NCBI GenBank assembly: GCA_026770705.1
Contig: JANJGN010000502.1
Coordinates: 310,001 to 374,000 of the forward strand
Length of the DNA stretch: 64,000 nucleotides
DNA from: Isurus oxyrinchus
Lineage: Eukaryota
Reading direction: 5' to 3'
The position numbers and the translations under genes are program-made. Below, piece after piece: positions 49,330 through 62,342 of this stretch. The notes under the pieces are model-generated. The model made no database searches, was not told the origin of the DNA, and saw only the letters and a program-made list of their open reading frames with translations. How positions within the stretch are numbered: position 1 is the stretch's first letter; the number at the start of each line of letters is the position of its first letter.

Positions 49330-50415
49330 AATTTAACACACAGAAGCCAGACAGTCGGGATTATTCAGATTGGAAAGACGTAACTGGTGGAATGCCACAA
49401 GGATCAGTCTCAGGGACTCAATTATTTACTATCTATACTAATGACATGGAGGAGGGAGCAGAGTGTACTGTATCTAAATTTTCTGACGATACAAAATAGG
49501 TGGGAGGTCAGGTTGTGATGAGGACTTGAAGAATCTTCAAGGGGTTATAGATAAGTTGAGTCAGTGGGCAAAAGTTGGCAGATGGAGTGTAATGTAGGAA
49601 AGTTTGAGATCATACACATTGCTAGGAAGAATTAAAAGGCAGAATATTATTTAAATGGAGGGAGACTCCAAAACCATGCAGCACAGAGGGATCTGAGTGT
49701 TCCAATGCATGAAATACAAAAAGTTAGCATGCAGGTGCAGCAATTAATTAAGAAGGCGAATGGAATTTTGGCCTGTTTTGCTCGTGGTTAGAATTTAAAA
49801 ATCGGGAAGTCTTGTTACAGCTGTACAGGGTGTTGGTGAGGCAGCAACTGGAGTTCTGTGTACAGTTTTGGTCCCCATATTTAAGGAAGCATACATTAGC
49901 ATTGCGGGCAGTTCAAAAGAGATTCACTAGGCTGATTCCTGGGATGAAGGAGTTGACTAATCAAGAACTGTGAAGCAGGTGAAGACTTTACTCATTAGAG
50001 TTTACAATACTGAGGGGTGATCTTATTGAAACGTGCAAGATTCTGAGGAGGTTGACAGGGTAGATGTTGAAAAGATGTTTCCACTAATGGGGGAACCTCC
50101 AACTAGGGGACATAGTTACAGAATCAGGGGACACTCATTTCAAACTGAGATGCGAAGGAATTTCTTCGCCCAGAGGGTAGTGTATGTTTGGAATTCTCTA
50201 CCCAAGACAGTTGTGGAGGCTAGCTCACTGAGAGTATTTAAAGAGGAGTAGATAGATTTTTGAAATATCGGGGATTGAGGGCTATGAGGAGCTGGCAGGA
50301 AAGATGAGTTGAGGCCTGGGGCAGTGTAGCCATGATCTTATTGAATCGCGGGGTAGGCTAGAGGGGCCAAATGGCCGACTCCTGCTCCAATTTCTAATGT
50401 CCCTATGTTCTTATG
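49330..50415 (+). mobile_element. CR1 LINE 3' ~1.1 kb
   Basis: GMPQGSVSGTQLFTIYTND, KFSDDTK, RRNFFAQRVVYVWNSLP; tail 'tcctgctcc...tatgttcttatg'. Confidence 0.9.
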
Positions 50416-50503
50416 AAACGTGTCTCTGGCGAAAGAGGTCTGAAACAAAAATAAAAGGCCCAGGTAGCATAGATAAGCCGGATTGTGAGGCTTGTGAGCA
50501 GCT

Positions 50504-50575
50504 TTCTTGGTGGTCTAGTGGTCAGGATTCGCGGCTTTCACTGCTGTGGTCCAGGTTTGATTCCTAGTCAGGGAA
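50504..50575 (+). pseudogene. tRNA-Glu(TTC) pseudogene
   Basis: GGTGGTCTAGTGGTCAGGATTC...CTTTCAC...GGTTTGATTCCTAGTCAGGGAA. Confidence 0.75.
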
Positions 50576-51691
50576 TGGAGATTTATTGACTTCGTGCAAA
50601 CTGTTAAAATGAGTCTAAGTTGTTTCTTGATGAAAAACAGAAGACGCCCATCTCTGCCAGAATCAGTGGAGTGAGAGCTAGAGTTCTGCCTCAGAGCTGA
50701 AAATGTCACCCGTGCAACAGGTCGAGAACAAATATAGAGGTGAAGATAGGGAATGAGAGAAGGTCTATGATAGGTTTCAAAACCCTAACCAGAGAGATGT
50801 TTGCGCAAGGCAAAATATAGCGGGAATAAGGGAGGCTTTACTGTCTACACCGACACAAATACCTCCCAGATCTTGTTCCAAATCTTGTGTTATGTCAGAA
50901 GAAAACCTCTCCCTGAATCTTCCCCCTTTTTAGCTGCACCTCCTTCCAAACGTTGCAAACTCCTCCTGCATCTTCCATCCTGATATTTTTCTCTGTGAAA
51001 TTTGAAACTAATGTGAATAAAGTTTGTGATGGTAAAAATATGTTCATGCCTTTGGGGAACTGAACCACACTGACACACACAGAGGAACAAACACAGACAT
51101 ATACACCGAGAGTGACAAAGGGCAAGGGATTGTCTCTAAGGAGAGACAAACATCCAGAAATCAAGCCTGACAACAACCTGATTCCGTTCTTGTTCCATTT
51201 CTCGCTGCAACTTTTGTGAATGTTTGCAGACGAATAGAAATTTGAGAACGCTGGAGGTCTTAGATGGTTTTTATTCAACTTATTCAGACAATTAATTGTG
51301 CAGGTACACTGTAAAGTTCAGGAATGATAAGGAGCGTAATTGACAGGATTCCAGCCTACCTGTGGAGATCCCAATGCATTCAAAACATGCCACCTTAAAC
51401 GCTCAGTCACGAATCCAAGTCCCAGATGTGTATTAATAATGTTTGTATAAAATCATAGATGGCTACATCAGACGGTTATTCAGCAGGTCGTTCACATGCC
51501 GACCCTCTGGAAAAGCAACTCAACGACTGCAATTCCACACCCCACCTTTCCCTACAGCAATTCATATTTATATTGCCTCTACTCGTTCTTCCCATCAAAG
51601 TAAAACACCGAACACTCCGCTGGTGTGAGCTGGTATCTATTGGTTTGAATGGGGCTGCTGCAGATCCCAAAACGTGGATCACCTGAACGTT

Positions 51692-51773
51692 TGGCAGTGG
51701 TGGGACTCGAACCCACGCCTCTGTCAAGGCTGAAGCCTTAATCCAGCGGCTTAGACCGCTCAGCCACACTACC
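51692..51773 (-). tRNA. tRNA-Leu(AAG), mildly diverged
   Basis: GGTAGTGTGGCTGAGCGGTCTAAGCCGCTGGAT-TAAGG-CTTCAG...GTGGGTTCGAGTCCCACCACTGCCA; 82 nt. Confidence 0.82.
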
Positions 51774-52541
51774 ACGCTCCCTTCAGCTTTTCCTAATTCC
51801 CTTCATTGGTATTATCATCGAAATAGAACAGGAGCAAAGGAGCAGGGAAACTCGAACCAGCTCCTCCAGTTAATCAGATCATCCTGAACTTTGTAACATA
51901 CAGAAATCATCTCCACTATTAACTTCATTATTTCAATGTTTCACTATTTCAATGTTTCAAATGATGTGTTTTTTTCCTATGGTGACTGTGTGTGTTTGCT
52001 CGATGAAATGTTGGTAAAAGGTATGGACTGAGGAAAATGAGGAGATGATTGTTCAGAATAGAAATTTGTTTTCTGAAAATTCGATTAGAAAACAAATATT
52101 TTAAAATTTGAATAATTGTAAAAGAATTCAGAATCCAACCCTCCATCTCAATGTGTCAGGGAATCTTTTTGAACTTTCACACACTGAGCATGGACACGGC
52201 AGCAGCTCCTGCACCTCTTTCAATATTGTTTCTCTTAACTCAGAGTTTTCGAAAGGGAATTGGACAATGACTTGAAAGGGGGAAAAATATCAGAGCTATG
52301 GAAAGAGACAAAGAAACTGAGATTAACTCGAAAGCTCTTTGTGGAACACTGACATCGATACTATGGGCCTCTTGTAGAGCTGTGCCTTTTGATGATGACA
52401 TTATTGGATCAGTCTGTCTCCCAGCATTCCCAAAGAGAACAGCCGAATTCCATTTCTTCAAAATAAAGGCTCAAAGTGTTGCTGCATGACGTCACTGCTT
52501 AACATTTTAGTGAGGCCCATTGAGCTTTTCTCCTGTCCCCT

Positions 52542-52615
52542 GTTTCTGCAGGGCAGTGGTTATCATGTTTATCTAATATGTGAAGAGTTTCCTCGTGCGA
52601 AATTGGCCAGAACCA
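52542..52615 (+). pseudogene. tRNA-Val pseudogene
   Basis: GTTTCTGCAGGGCAGTGGTTATCATGTT...; flank shared with 45682-45860 (inverted) and 37720-38125. Confidence 0.55.
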
Positions 52616-53787
52616 TTATCATGACTTGCAGATTGAAGTTTGCTGAAGATAGCAGGATGTGGTCATGTGTCCTTGTCACTGTTTATCCTTCAACCAAGAT
52701 TATAAGCTCTGTGCATTGTCAAGTCCCTGGCTTTGGGTGTTTGTCAAGCAGTGATTGGCTGCCTTGTTCCCTGCATGAAAACAATGACTCTGCTTCAGAA
52801 AGTACTTCAATAAAACCAAAATACTGGAAATCTGAAATAAAATCATTAAATGCAGGTCGAACTCAACTGGTCTGACAGCGTCTGTGGAAAGCAAAACCTG
52901 CTGAGTTTCTCAAGCATTTTCTGTTTTTCTTTCAACAAGTGCTTAATTGGCTTGAAAGTCGTTTCAGAATTCGCTGGTCAGGAATGCGCTGCATAAAGGC
53001 AAGTCTGTCTTTCCTTCACTATCTTTAAACCCCAATCCTGTGGTTACTGACCCCCGTCATCGGAAACAGTTCCTCCCTACCTGCACCATCAAGCCGCCTG
53101 TCCCCACTGCCCCCACCCACCTCATTTTGAACAGCTCCATGAAATCTCCACTTAAACTTGTTTGCTCTAAGGAGGAGAATCCCGGTCTCTATTATCTCCA
53201 CAAAACTGAATTTCTTCATCTCTGGACATGATGCAAGGCAGAGGATTGAGATGAGATTTTGGAAAATATTGTCAGTTGGCAGGTAGGAAAATGGAGAAGG
53301 AACCAAAGCAGAAAACCCATTCTGCAGCTTTGTGAATCTTCAGAAAGACTTTGGGAACCGGAATCAGAGGAGAATGAAGGGTGAACTGCCCAACTGACCA
53401 GAGACAGTCAAGGCACCTTTCCCTTCTTTAAGACGCTGGAACATTGACTCTGATATTATCAGTGAAATTAACTGATCTGAGACATTGAAATGATTCTCTT
53501 TACTGCACATCAGGAATTCAAACCTAATTTCAGCTTCAGAACAATCAGAATACTTAGTAACAGCCAAGGCACTGAAAGGCTCGAAGAGAGATGGCACCGG
53601 TTGTAGGAGAGCTGGTTCCCGGTGACAGGGATATGTCTGCAGTGGGTGGAATCAAACTGTTTCCATGTATCCACAATGAATGTCCCACCCTTTATTTTGG
53701 AAGAGTAAAAATTATAGAGACAATTGTCATTCTGGTAGCAGCAATCTGAAGGTTTAACTCGCTGACACCCTGTTAAAGTTTTCATCT

Positions 53788-53855
53788 GTTCCTGTGGCAC
53801 CACTAGTCAGCATACTCAGCTGTTGACTGAAAGCTCAGTGGTTCGAGACCACTTA
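53788..53855 (+). pseudogene. tRNA-Asn(GTT) pseudogene
   Basis: CTGTGGCAC...CAGCTGTTGACTGAAAG...GTGGTTCGAGACCAC; upstream flank is an inverted copy of 42770-43320. Confidence 0.6.
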
Positions 53856-54377
53856 CCTACTGACAGCAGAACGTGCAGATTGCAGCTTCCATCAGCGGGT
53901 TATTGCCCATCACTGGGACGCAAGATACTCCAACCCTGCCCCAATACACCGAGCACAGGCTCAGGAAAATGCAGCTAGGTTATCTGCCAGTCACTAAACC
54001 TCTGAGCAGCATTTACAGAATGCCCAAGTCAATGAGTCACAAATAAAAGTCACACAAACTTTCTAAATCGTTTCACTCTAACATTCCATCATTTTATTGA
54101 AAAGTTAACTGTTGTGAATCTGAAAATGTGCACCATGGGAGTTGTGTTACCAAGTGACATTTTTCCATTGTTTGTCCGTCAGGTTTGTCATTCAAATTGT
54201 GTTGGATATTGAAGCGATTCTGATGTCAAAATGAGGTCACAAAGCAGCTAAACATTAAATCCAGAAACAAATGCTGAGGAAAATGGATCACAATGTTTGG
54301 AAGGAGGTGCAGCTGAGAAGCAGCAGCTGTGAATGGTGTTATTGATGGATGAATGAAAAGCATTGGATCCTTGGTCA

Positions 54378-55110
54378 GTCACTGTAGCCGAGTGGTTAAA
54401 TGGATGGTTCTAAAATCCATTGCAGTCTCCGCAGGCAAATTCAAACCTTACTTATTATTATTGCTGATTTCAACCAGGTGTCCACAGAACTCCCGGATCA
54501 ATGGAAGAAGAAACATCCAAAAATTCTCCTGATTTTTGGACTCTAAGGGAATGAAGGGCGATCAGGATCGGGTGGGAATTTGGTGTTGAGGCTGGAGATT
54601 CGCCATGATCTTATTAAGTGACGGAGGAGGCTTGTGGGGCCTAATGAAGTATTCCTGCTGCTTTGCTCCAGTTCTATTTGAGTAGCAATACCAGCCAAGG
54701 TGATGGGCACTAATAGCCTGAGTTTGGTAGATTGGCTATAGGTGGTTGAAGGTGTCATTCTGCATTGAGTGGTGAAAATGATGTTTTTAAAATCCACTGG
54801 GGTTTCCCCAGGAAAGTTCCTATCTTACCGACTGTGCTTCTTATTATTGCTGATTTCACCCTGGTATCCACAGAACTCTCGGATTGATGGAAGAAAAAAC
54901 ATCCAAAAATTCTCCTGATTTTTGGACTCTAAGGGAATGAAGGGTGATTGGGTTTGGGTGGGAAATTGGTGTTAAGGTTGGGGATCCGCCATGATCTTAT
55001 TAAGTGACGGAGGAGGCTTGTGGTGCCTTATGACGTATTGTTGCTGCTTTGATTCTGTTCTGTTTCAGTAGCAACAACAGACAATGCAATGGGCAATACC
55101 ATCCTGAGCT
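54378..55110 (+). repeat. ~387-bp tandem duplication, each unit headed by a tRNA-Ser remnant
   Basis: 'catccaaaaattctcctgatttttggactctaagggaatgaaggg' at ~54513 and ~54900. Confidence 0.8.
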
Positions 55111-55111
55111 C

Positions 55112-55193
55112 GGTAATTCAGCTGAGTTATTGTAGGTGCTGGTTTAAGGTTTCACTCTTTAATGAGGTGCGGTTTGTAATCCCACTGCTGCTA
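55112..55193 (+). pseudogene. tRNA-Leu pseudogene
   Basis: GGTGCTGGTTTAAGG...AATCCCACTGCTGCTA. Confidence 0.5.
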
Positions 55194-55979
55194 AAATTGT
55201 GCTCTTGGTCGAAAAGCTGCCAGCTCAAAGTTAAAGCAGGTGTGTGCGTTGTTTCACTTTAACAGTAACACTGAGGAGAGACAATAAAAATATAAATGGC
55301 TGCGGAAAAAAGGCGGGATTGCTCAATTCCTCTTCCATAAGCTGGCACGGACATGATGGGCCGAATGTCGTCCTTCTCGGCTGTGGCCGCCTACAACTTT
55401 ATACCAACAAAATTACCCTGTGCATAGAGGCAGTCAGCATAGCTGAGTGTTTTAGGCGATGGAGTCCAAATCCATAGGAGTTTCCTGCTTCTCATTATTC
55501 CTGGTTTTATTCTGTGTCCACAGAGTTGATTATCGGTTACATTGAATAAAATCCATCAAAACAAGCGGACATTTTCCTATTTCTGTTCATTCACGAAACC
55601 TGCAGTGGAAATGGAGAGAAACCTGGTGTCAGGCTTGCTTTCTGGGAGTTTTGTCTCTCCTTAGAGACAAACCCTTGCCCTCTGTCACTCCCGATGTATA
55701 TCCCTGTGTGTGTTCCTCTGTGTGTGTCAATGTGATTCAGTTTCCCGAGCAGGTGAACACATTTTTACCATCACAAACTTTATTCACATTAGTTGTGCAG
55801 CTAAGAAGTGGAAGGTGTGAATGATGTTATTGATGATTGAAAGGAATGCATTGCAACCGTGGGGCTTGTGTAGTTCGTTTAAGTTCTACACTATGAAATT
55901 CAGAACAAGCTGAGGTTCCAAGTGGAAAGCAACAGTTGTCTCCATGAATGTTGGGATATGGGATACATATGTTATGTGT

Positions 55980-56048
55980 GCCCGGCTAGTTCAACTGGTA
56001 GATCAAAGGCTCTTAATCTCAGGTCATGGGCTCGCCGCACATTTAGTG
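55980..56048 (+). pseudogene. tRNA-Lys(CTT) pseudogene
   Basis: GCCCGGCTAGTTCAACTGGTAGA...CTCTTAATCTCAGGTCATGGG. Confidence 0.65.
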
Positions 56049-56831
56049 CAGCTTCTTTCAAACAAATAACAACCAACCTCTGTTCCTTTGAAACTGGCAC
56101 ATGACGGATATTCATCACTGATTCAAAGCACTTCCATGTCACATCTCTTTCTGTCTCACCTCCAGCTCTCTCCGCCCTTCCAGGAGTTGTTTGACCACAC
56201 ACAGTCGGTTAGTGCAAACGTAATACACAACGTGATGGGTTTACAGATAACAGGCTAAATAGACACCAGGATCTTCCTGATTCTCCCAGGTACTGATTAC
56301 AGGAATGTGCACATTCCACAGTCACACTCCCCTTCCAGTCTTGTCTACTTGTTCAGCTTTGAAATTTCTCGTATTTTTGCACTGGATTTCAATGTGCAGA
56401 CAGCAGAGCTGTGATAAGCTTATATTGTTCAGCACATGTACTGCAAGAAGGTACATAACAGGCTGATGGTAACAGTGCTGTTTGGTCACGGTGAGCTCCA
56501 TTGAAGGATTGGCACCATTAATGTGTCGTTCAATTCGTCTTGTGATTGGTTGATCCATCAAGAGTAATATTTTTGTCAATGCAAACTGTAGGCACCCGAA
56601 TTTGCCCTTCTCCCCCTCATATTTTGCCTGGCACCACCATCCCTCTGGCCAATGCTTTGCAACCAGCCCTTCTTTTACTCCGCTTCTGTCTTTGTTCACG
56701 GCCTGTTCTAAGTGTCACATTTCCAACTCTGAGGCGAAACTTCAACTGATTCTGGTGGAGCTGCTAAATATTTTCAATCAATGAGTAATGAACACTCATT
56801 TTGACAATTTCACATAATCAATAAACCAACA

Positions 56832-56903
56832 TCCCCTGACTAGGAATCGAACCCGGGTCACAGCAATCAAAGCACCAAATCCTGACCACTAGACCACCAG
56901 TGA
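56832..56903 (-). pseudogene. tRNA-Glu-derived pseudogene (anticodon TTG)
   Basis: TCACTGGTGGTCTAGTGGTCAGGATTTGGTGCTTTGATTGCTGTGACCCGGGTTCGATTCCTAGTCAGGGGA. Confidence 0.75.
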
Positions 56904-57844
56904 AACTAGCAACCCCGCTTTCAGTTTGGTTTATTGATGCTGCTTTTATCCATGTTTCCATTTTAAATGGAATGAATTCTTCAGTCAATTACAGCAACAG
57001 TTGTTGTGAGCTGGAACATGAAATTGACAGTGAGGTGAAATATCCCCACAAGCTGCTCATGTGTAACTGTCAATTTCCTAAACCCACCACCCTCAGCACT
57101 GCGGCTGTTGTGAAACTGACAAGGGGACACATGGCAGACATTCATCACTGAAAGTAACTGACACACTTCTAAACACTTTCATGTCGCATCTGTTTCTGCT
57201 TCTGTCCCTGCCTCGCCTCCAGCTCCCTCTGCCCGTCCAGCTACCAGGTCAATTAACTGCTTGATGCAGACACAGTCAGTTCATGAAGCCAAGCTTCCCC
57301 TAGAAAGCAGGGACAGAGAATGTGGGACCCAAGGATTTTAGAAAGAAGGGGTTTGCAGATGACATGGTAAAGATAATCTGGGATCTCATCTTCCTGATTC
57401 TCCCAGACACTGATGACAGGAATGTGCAGAATGCCGATTACCCACAGTCGCAGACTCCTTCCAGTCTTGTGCACATAGTTGAGCTTTAAACCCACTCGCA
57501 AAAGCGGATTATAAAATGGCAGAATGACTGTGAAAGAAGTGGGGTTGGGAAATATCAAATTACAGAAAGTTACAGCAAAGAAAGAGGCCATTCGGCCCTG
57601 TGTGCTCCTTTCAAAGAACTCCAAAGAAGAGTCACATGGTATTGAAACATTAACTATATTTCTCTCTCCAGAAATATTGCCAGACATGCTGAATTTTTCC
57701 AGCATTTTCTGTTTTTCACTTCAGATTTCCCGCATCCACAGTATTTTGCTTTAACTCTGGATTTCTAGGCCAGTGACAATATCAATACGCCATCTCCTGA
57801 ATGCTCTGATTTGATATGAACATGCTTTCCCGAAAGAGGGACTG

Positions 57845-57920
57845 TTAGTCGCGGACGAGTGTTGAGGGCGATGGTGCTGGCATCCATCAGAGTTTCCCCA
57901 ATGTTATTTTGCTGACTGCG
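57845..57920 (+). pseudogene. tRNA-Ser pseudogene
   Basis: TAGTCGCGGACGAGTG...GGCGATGG...ATCCAT...GCTGACTGCG. Confidence 0.5.
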
Positions 57921-58631
57921 GTTCTCATTATTCCCGATTTTGACCAACAGAATTAGTTATCGGGTAAATTGAATCAAACAAAAACTCCCGCGCTTTCTTA
58001 TTTCCATTCATCTGCAAGGATTTGCGAAATCTGCAGATGGAAATGGAGCAAAACTGAGCGAGTTTGGTGATATCCTTTCTTCCTGTGTGTTTGTCTCTCC
58101 TTAGCCCTCTGTCCCTCTCGATGTACATGTTTGTGTGTGTTCCGCTGTGTATGTCAATGTGCTTCAGTTCCTCATTTTTAGCAATCCCCACTTTATTCAC
58201 CTTAGTTGTGTGACTTCATTTTAAAATCGTACAGAGAGAATAAAAACCGGTTTAGGAGGAATTTTCTTCCTGTATTTCAGAGTGGAGACGGTTCAGATAC
58301 TAAGTGTCCGTATGTTACAAAGCGGAGGGCGATTGAAATTTTCGCTGAGCAACATTTAAACAGACACCGAGTCCTTGTGGTGGATTAGTTAAGGCAATGG
58401 ACACATCGAGAGAATTAATTTGTAAATACAAATAGTCCAAACTGAAATCTCTCGGACATTAGGAACTGTATTTCTTCTCGAAGCTGTTGCACGTGTGACA
58501 TTTGCAGCTCTGATGTGAAATTTCAACTTTCACTCCACTAATTCGAGCGGAGCTGTTGTGCGTTTTCCGTTTTCAATCAATAAGTAAATCAGGCCTGTTT
58601 TAACAGTTTGTACCAGAGCAATAAACCTTCA

Positions 58632-58702
58632 TTGCCTGGCCGGGAATCGAGCCTGGGCCACGGCGGTGAAAGGGCCGAATCCTCACCTCTAAATCACGAG
58701 GA
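58632..58702 (-). pseudogene. tRNA-Glu(TTC) pseudogene
   Basis: GGATTCGGCCCTTTCACCGCCGTGGCCCAGGCTCGATTCCCGGCCAGG. Confidence 0.72.
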
Positions 58703-59295
58703 CAGCTGTCTATAACTCTTGCAACGTGCTTTATCTGGGCCACATTTGCCCTTTTTCAGACACTTTCACCAAACGTGTTTTTAAGGGGTAGCTGCAGTGA
58801 AGGATTGGCACCAATACAGTGTCGTTCAACTGGTCTGGTTCCAAATCCTGCTCAGGAATTTAAGAAAAACTCTGAGTTTGCTCAATGTCTTGACTTAAAA
58901 AGCGAGAATGTAAGAAAGTACATTCCCCCAAGCGTTAATAAAATGTCGGAATGACCGGGAAATTATGCTGGGAAACATAAATTATAGACAGTTCCAGCAA
59001 AGAAAGAGGCCATTCGGCCTGGCGCGCTGCTTTCAAAGAGCAGTTGTGCTTGATTGGTCAGGAGTGATATTTGTGTCAGTGTACACATGCGGCAGTAAAA
59101 TCTCTCACATCACCGCGGCCGACATTCATCACTGGAAGCAACTGACACACGTCAATTTCTGCTGCTTTCATGTCGCATCTCGAACTTCCTGTTCTACCTT
59201 TCAGACATTTCCAGGTCCATCAAATATAATCCATGCAGAACGTTGTCCTGTTCATCGTTCCACTAGAGACTTACTGTGAGGAGGTAATAGTAAGT

Positions 59296-59369
59296 GGCTC
59301 CATAGCTCAGTGGTTTAGAGCACTGGTCTTGTAAACCAGGGGTCGTGAGTTCAATTCTCACTGGGGCCT
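59296..59369 (+). tRNA. tRNA-Thr(TGT), near intact
   Basis: GGCTCCATAGCTCAGTGGTTTAGAGCACTGGTCT-TGT-AAACCAGGGGTCGTGAGTTCAATTCTCACTGGGGCCT; stems pair; T5 terminator at 59379-59383. Confidence 0.9.
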
Positions 59370-59417
59370 AGGGCATAATTTTTATGCAATTTGGTAGCAA
59401 CCTTTCAGGAGAGCACT

Positions 59418-59545
59418 TAAAAAAAAGCTGGAAATCCAAAACAAAAATAAAAATACCTGGAAAAACTCAGCAGGTCAGACAGCATCTGCGGAGAGGAACA
59501 CAGTTAACGTTTCGATCCCGTATGGCTCTTCAACAGAACCTGTTG
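59418..59545 (-). mobile_element. Solo Penelope-like terminus with hammerhead motif
   Basis: Matches 16845-16960; minus strand gtt-CTGTTGA-agagcc atacg ggatc-GAAA-CG-TT-aac. Confidence 0.7.
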
Positions 59546-59559
59546 TTTCACAGTGTTTA

Positions 59560-60425
59560 CAACACTGTATAAAGATATCGGAAGGTCATGTCAGTGGGCA
59601 ACAAGATGGCAGATGGAATATAATGTAGGCAGGTGCGATTATGTTCACTTGGTTATAAAAATGAGAACAATAGAATGCTTTTAAAATGTGAGAAATTTGT
59701 AAGTGCTGATGTTCAAAGAAACTCGGGTGTGCTTGTACAAGCAAAGTAGAAAGTTAGCATGCAGGATCAGCAAGCCATTAGGAAGGCCAATGGCACTTCG
59801 GTCTTTATTACAAGGGGATTGGAGAGCAGGAATAAAGAAGTCTTGCTACAGGGTTTTGGTGAGACGGCATCTAGAATCCCGTGTGCTGTTTTCATCTCCA
59901 CATTTATAAAAGAATCGACTTGCATTGGAGACGGTGCAGGGAAAGCTCATTAAATTAGTCCCTGGAATAAGCTGGTTGTCCTAAAATGAAAGGCTGAATG
60001 AATTGGCTTTTATTCTCTGGAGTTTAGAAGAATGAAAGACAACCTCATTGAAACCTGTAAAATTCTGAGAGGGCTTGATAGGGTGGACACAGGGATTGTT
60101 TCCACTCGTCAGGGAGTCTAAAACACTGGGGCACAGTCTCAGGGTAAAGGGTCGATAATTTAGGGCTGAGATGAGGAGAAATTACTTCATCCAAAGGGTT
60201 GTGAATCTTTGAATTCTCCACCCAGAGGCTTGTGGATGTTCCATCATTGAATACATTTAAGGTCGGGATGGACAGATGTTTGATCTCTCGGGGATCTAAG
60301 GGATATGGGGAACGGGCAGGATAATGGAGTTGAAGCCCGAGATCAGACATGATCGAATTGACTGATGGAACAAGCTCGATGGGCCGTGTGATCTACTCTT
60401 GCTCCCATTTCTTGTGTTCATGTGT
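59560..60425 (+). mobile_element. CR1 LINE 3' fragment
   Basis: Homologous to 49550-50415. Confidence 0.8.
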
Positions 60426-60829
60426 ATGATAAAGACAGTAATTCATGTTGTAATAAAAAAAAGTGTTGGAAGTTCTCAGCAGGTCTGAAAGTAAATATGA
60501 ATGGAGAAACGGAGTGAAGCTTTCGAGTCTAAGTTGACACTTTTTCAAACCATAAATTGGCTGCTAGTTACGATATTTTGCACAACATCAAGACACAGAA
60601 TTGAACCCAGGCGGTGAAAGCACCAAGGCCAAACCACTAGAGTGTTAGCTTCCAACAGCGGGTTTAATGGTTTAAGACAACCCAGGGTCAAGTAGACTCC
60701 CTCTCTTCCTGCTTCTACTTATATTACCGACATAATTCTGCTTTATGTCCTTTGGCTACAAGGAAATATTGTCCAAACTTTGCCAGCACTGCTATTATTT
60801 GGTAAGTTCTCACACAAATATTGCGTGTC

Positions 60830-61382
60830 TGCAAATATTGCATGCAGTTCTGGAATCCGCATCATAGGAAGGGTGTGATTGCACTGGAGAGAGTGCAGAG
60901 GAGATTTACCAAGATGTTGCCTGGGCTGGAGAGTTTTAGTTATGAGGAGAGATTAGATAGGCTGGGGTTATTTTCCTTGGAGCAGAGGAGATTGAGCGGG
61001 GACATGATTGAGGTATATAAGATTATGAGGGACATAGATAGAGTAGACAGGAGGGAACATCTCCTCTTGGTGGAGGGATCAATAACCAGGGGGCATAGAT
61101 TTAAGATAAGGGAAAGGAGATTTAGAGGGGATGTGAGGAAGAATTTTTTCACCCAGAGGGTGGTGGGAATCTGGAACTCACTGCCTGAAAGGGTGGTAGA
61201 GGCAGAAACCCTCATAACATTCATGAAGTATTTGAATGTGCACTTGCAATGCCATGGCATACAAGGCTATGGGCCTAGTGCCAGGAAATGGGAAAAAACA
61301 GTTAGGTACTTGTTTGATGGCGCAGATTCGGTGGGGCCATAGGGCCTGTTTCTGTGCTGTAGACCTCTATGATTCTATGACT
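60830..61382 (+). mobile_element. CR1 LINE 3' end with open RT C-terminus
   Basis: YCMQFWNPH...ALERVQRRFTKMLPGL...RKNFFTQRVVGIWNSLPERVVEA; tail (ctatgatt)n. Confidence 0.9.
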
Positions 61383-62047
61383 AAATAGATTTATGAATAT
61401 TCATTTCGAATAACGCGAGAAACTGAAAAAAAATTGTGCATAACATCCAACCAATCAGAAAGATTGGGTTCAAAGCAACGAATAGAAATTGACTGTCAAA
61501 TTGCAAATAGAGAACAGGAACACACCATCACAACGAATGAATCCATTGTCTGTTAAAATGTTGCTCAGTGAAAATTTCAATCACCCTCCGCTGTGTAACA
61601 TACAGGCACTGAGTCAATAAGCAGTCTCCACTCAAATCAACACCAAGGGTCAATCTCCTCTTGCAACTTTTTAACCTGTTGTTATTCTCTTGTACCATTT
61701 ACCATGAAGATATAATCCGAAAGTGAATAAGGTTTGTGATTGTAAAAAATGTGTTCACCCCTCGGGGAACTGAACCACACTGACACATACAGAAATATAC
61801 AACGTGAGTGGTAGCGAGCAAGGGTTTATCTCTTAGGTGAGAAAAACTCTCAGAACGCAAGTATGGCACAAATTAGTTCCGTTTTGTATCATTTCTGACT
61901 GCAAATTCCGTGAATGCTAATGGATCAACAGAAATGAAGCAACACGGAAGTGAAGCAGGAAAACCATACGGGAATGTTTGGAAGCTGCTGACTCCATTTA
62001 ACCAATAGTTAATTCTGGAGGCAGCAAAACGAAAGAACAGCGAGAAG

Positions 62048-62129
62048 TACAGTCAGCAGGACTCTAACCCACGTGGGGAGGCCCCAGTGGATTTTAAACC
62101 CATCCCTTTAACCACTCAGTCACGGCTGC
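62048..62129 (-). pseudogene. tRNA-Ser pseudogene
   Basis: GCAGCCGTGACTGAGTGGTTAAAGGGATGG...ATCCACTGGGGCCTCCCC...TCCTGCTGACTG. Confidence 0.65.
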
Positions 62130-62342
62130 AAGCCTTATTCTAGCGCCATTGTTGTTCCTGTAAAATCCTGGAATGGTTACAGCAGAGAATGAGGGCATTC
62201 ATCCCCACCTATTCCCAGTCACCCTGCAATTCCTATAGCGTCCCCTGTTCTACCTACCAAGAAGAACTACATCATGTGTCAAATCCCCCGAGCCTATTCT
62301 AAGGGATTTGATGAAACGTCTGAAAGACAAACCAACTGAACT

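Noticed and set aside
56832-56903. Mistranslating tRNA (Glu body with Gln anticodon TTG); likewise Asn-ATT at 42695 and Ser-TAA at 62048
   Set aside because: Anticodon stems are disrupted by CpG decay, so these are most likely non-functional pseudogenes.
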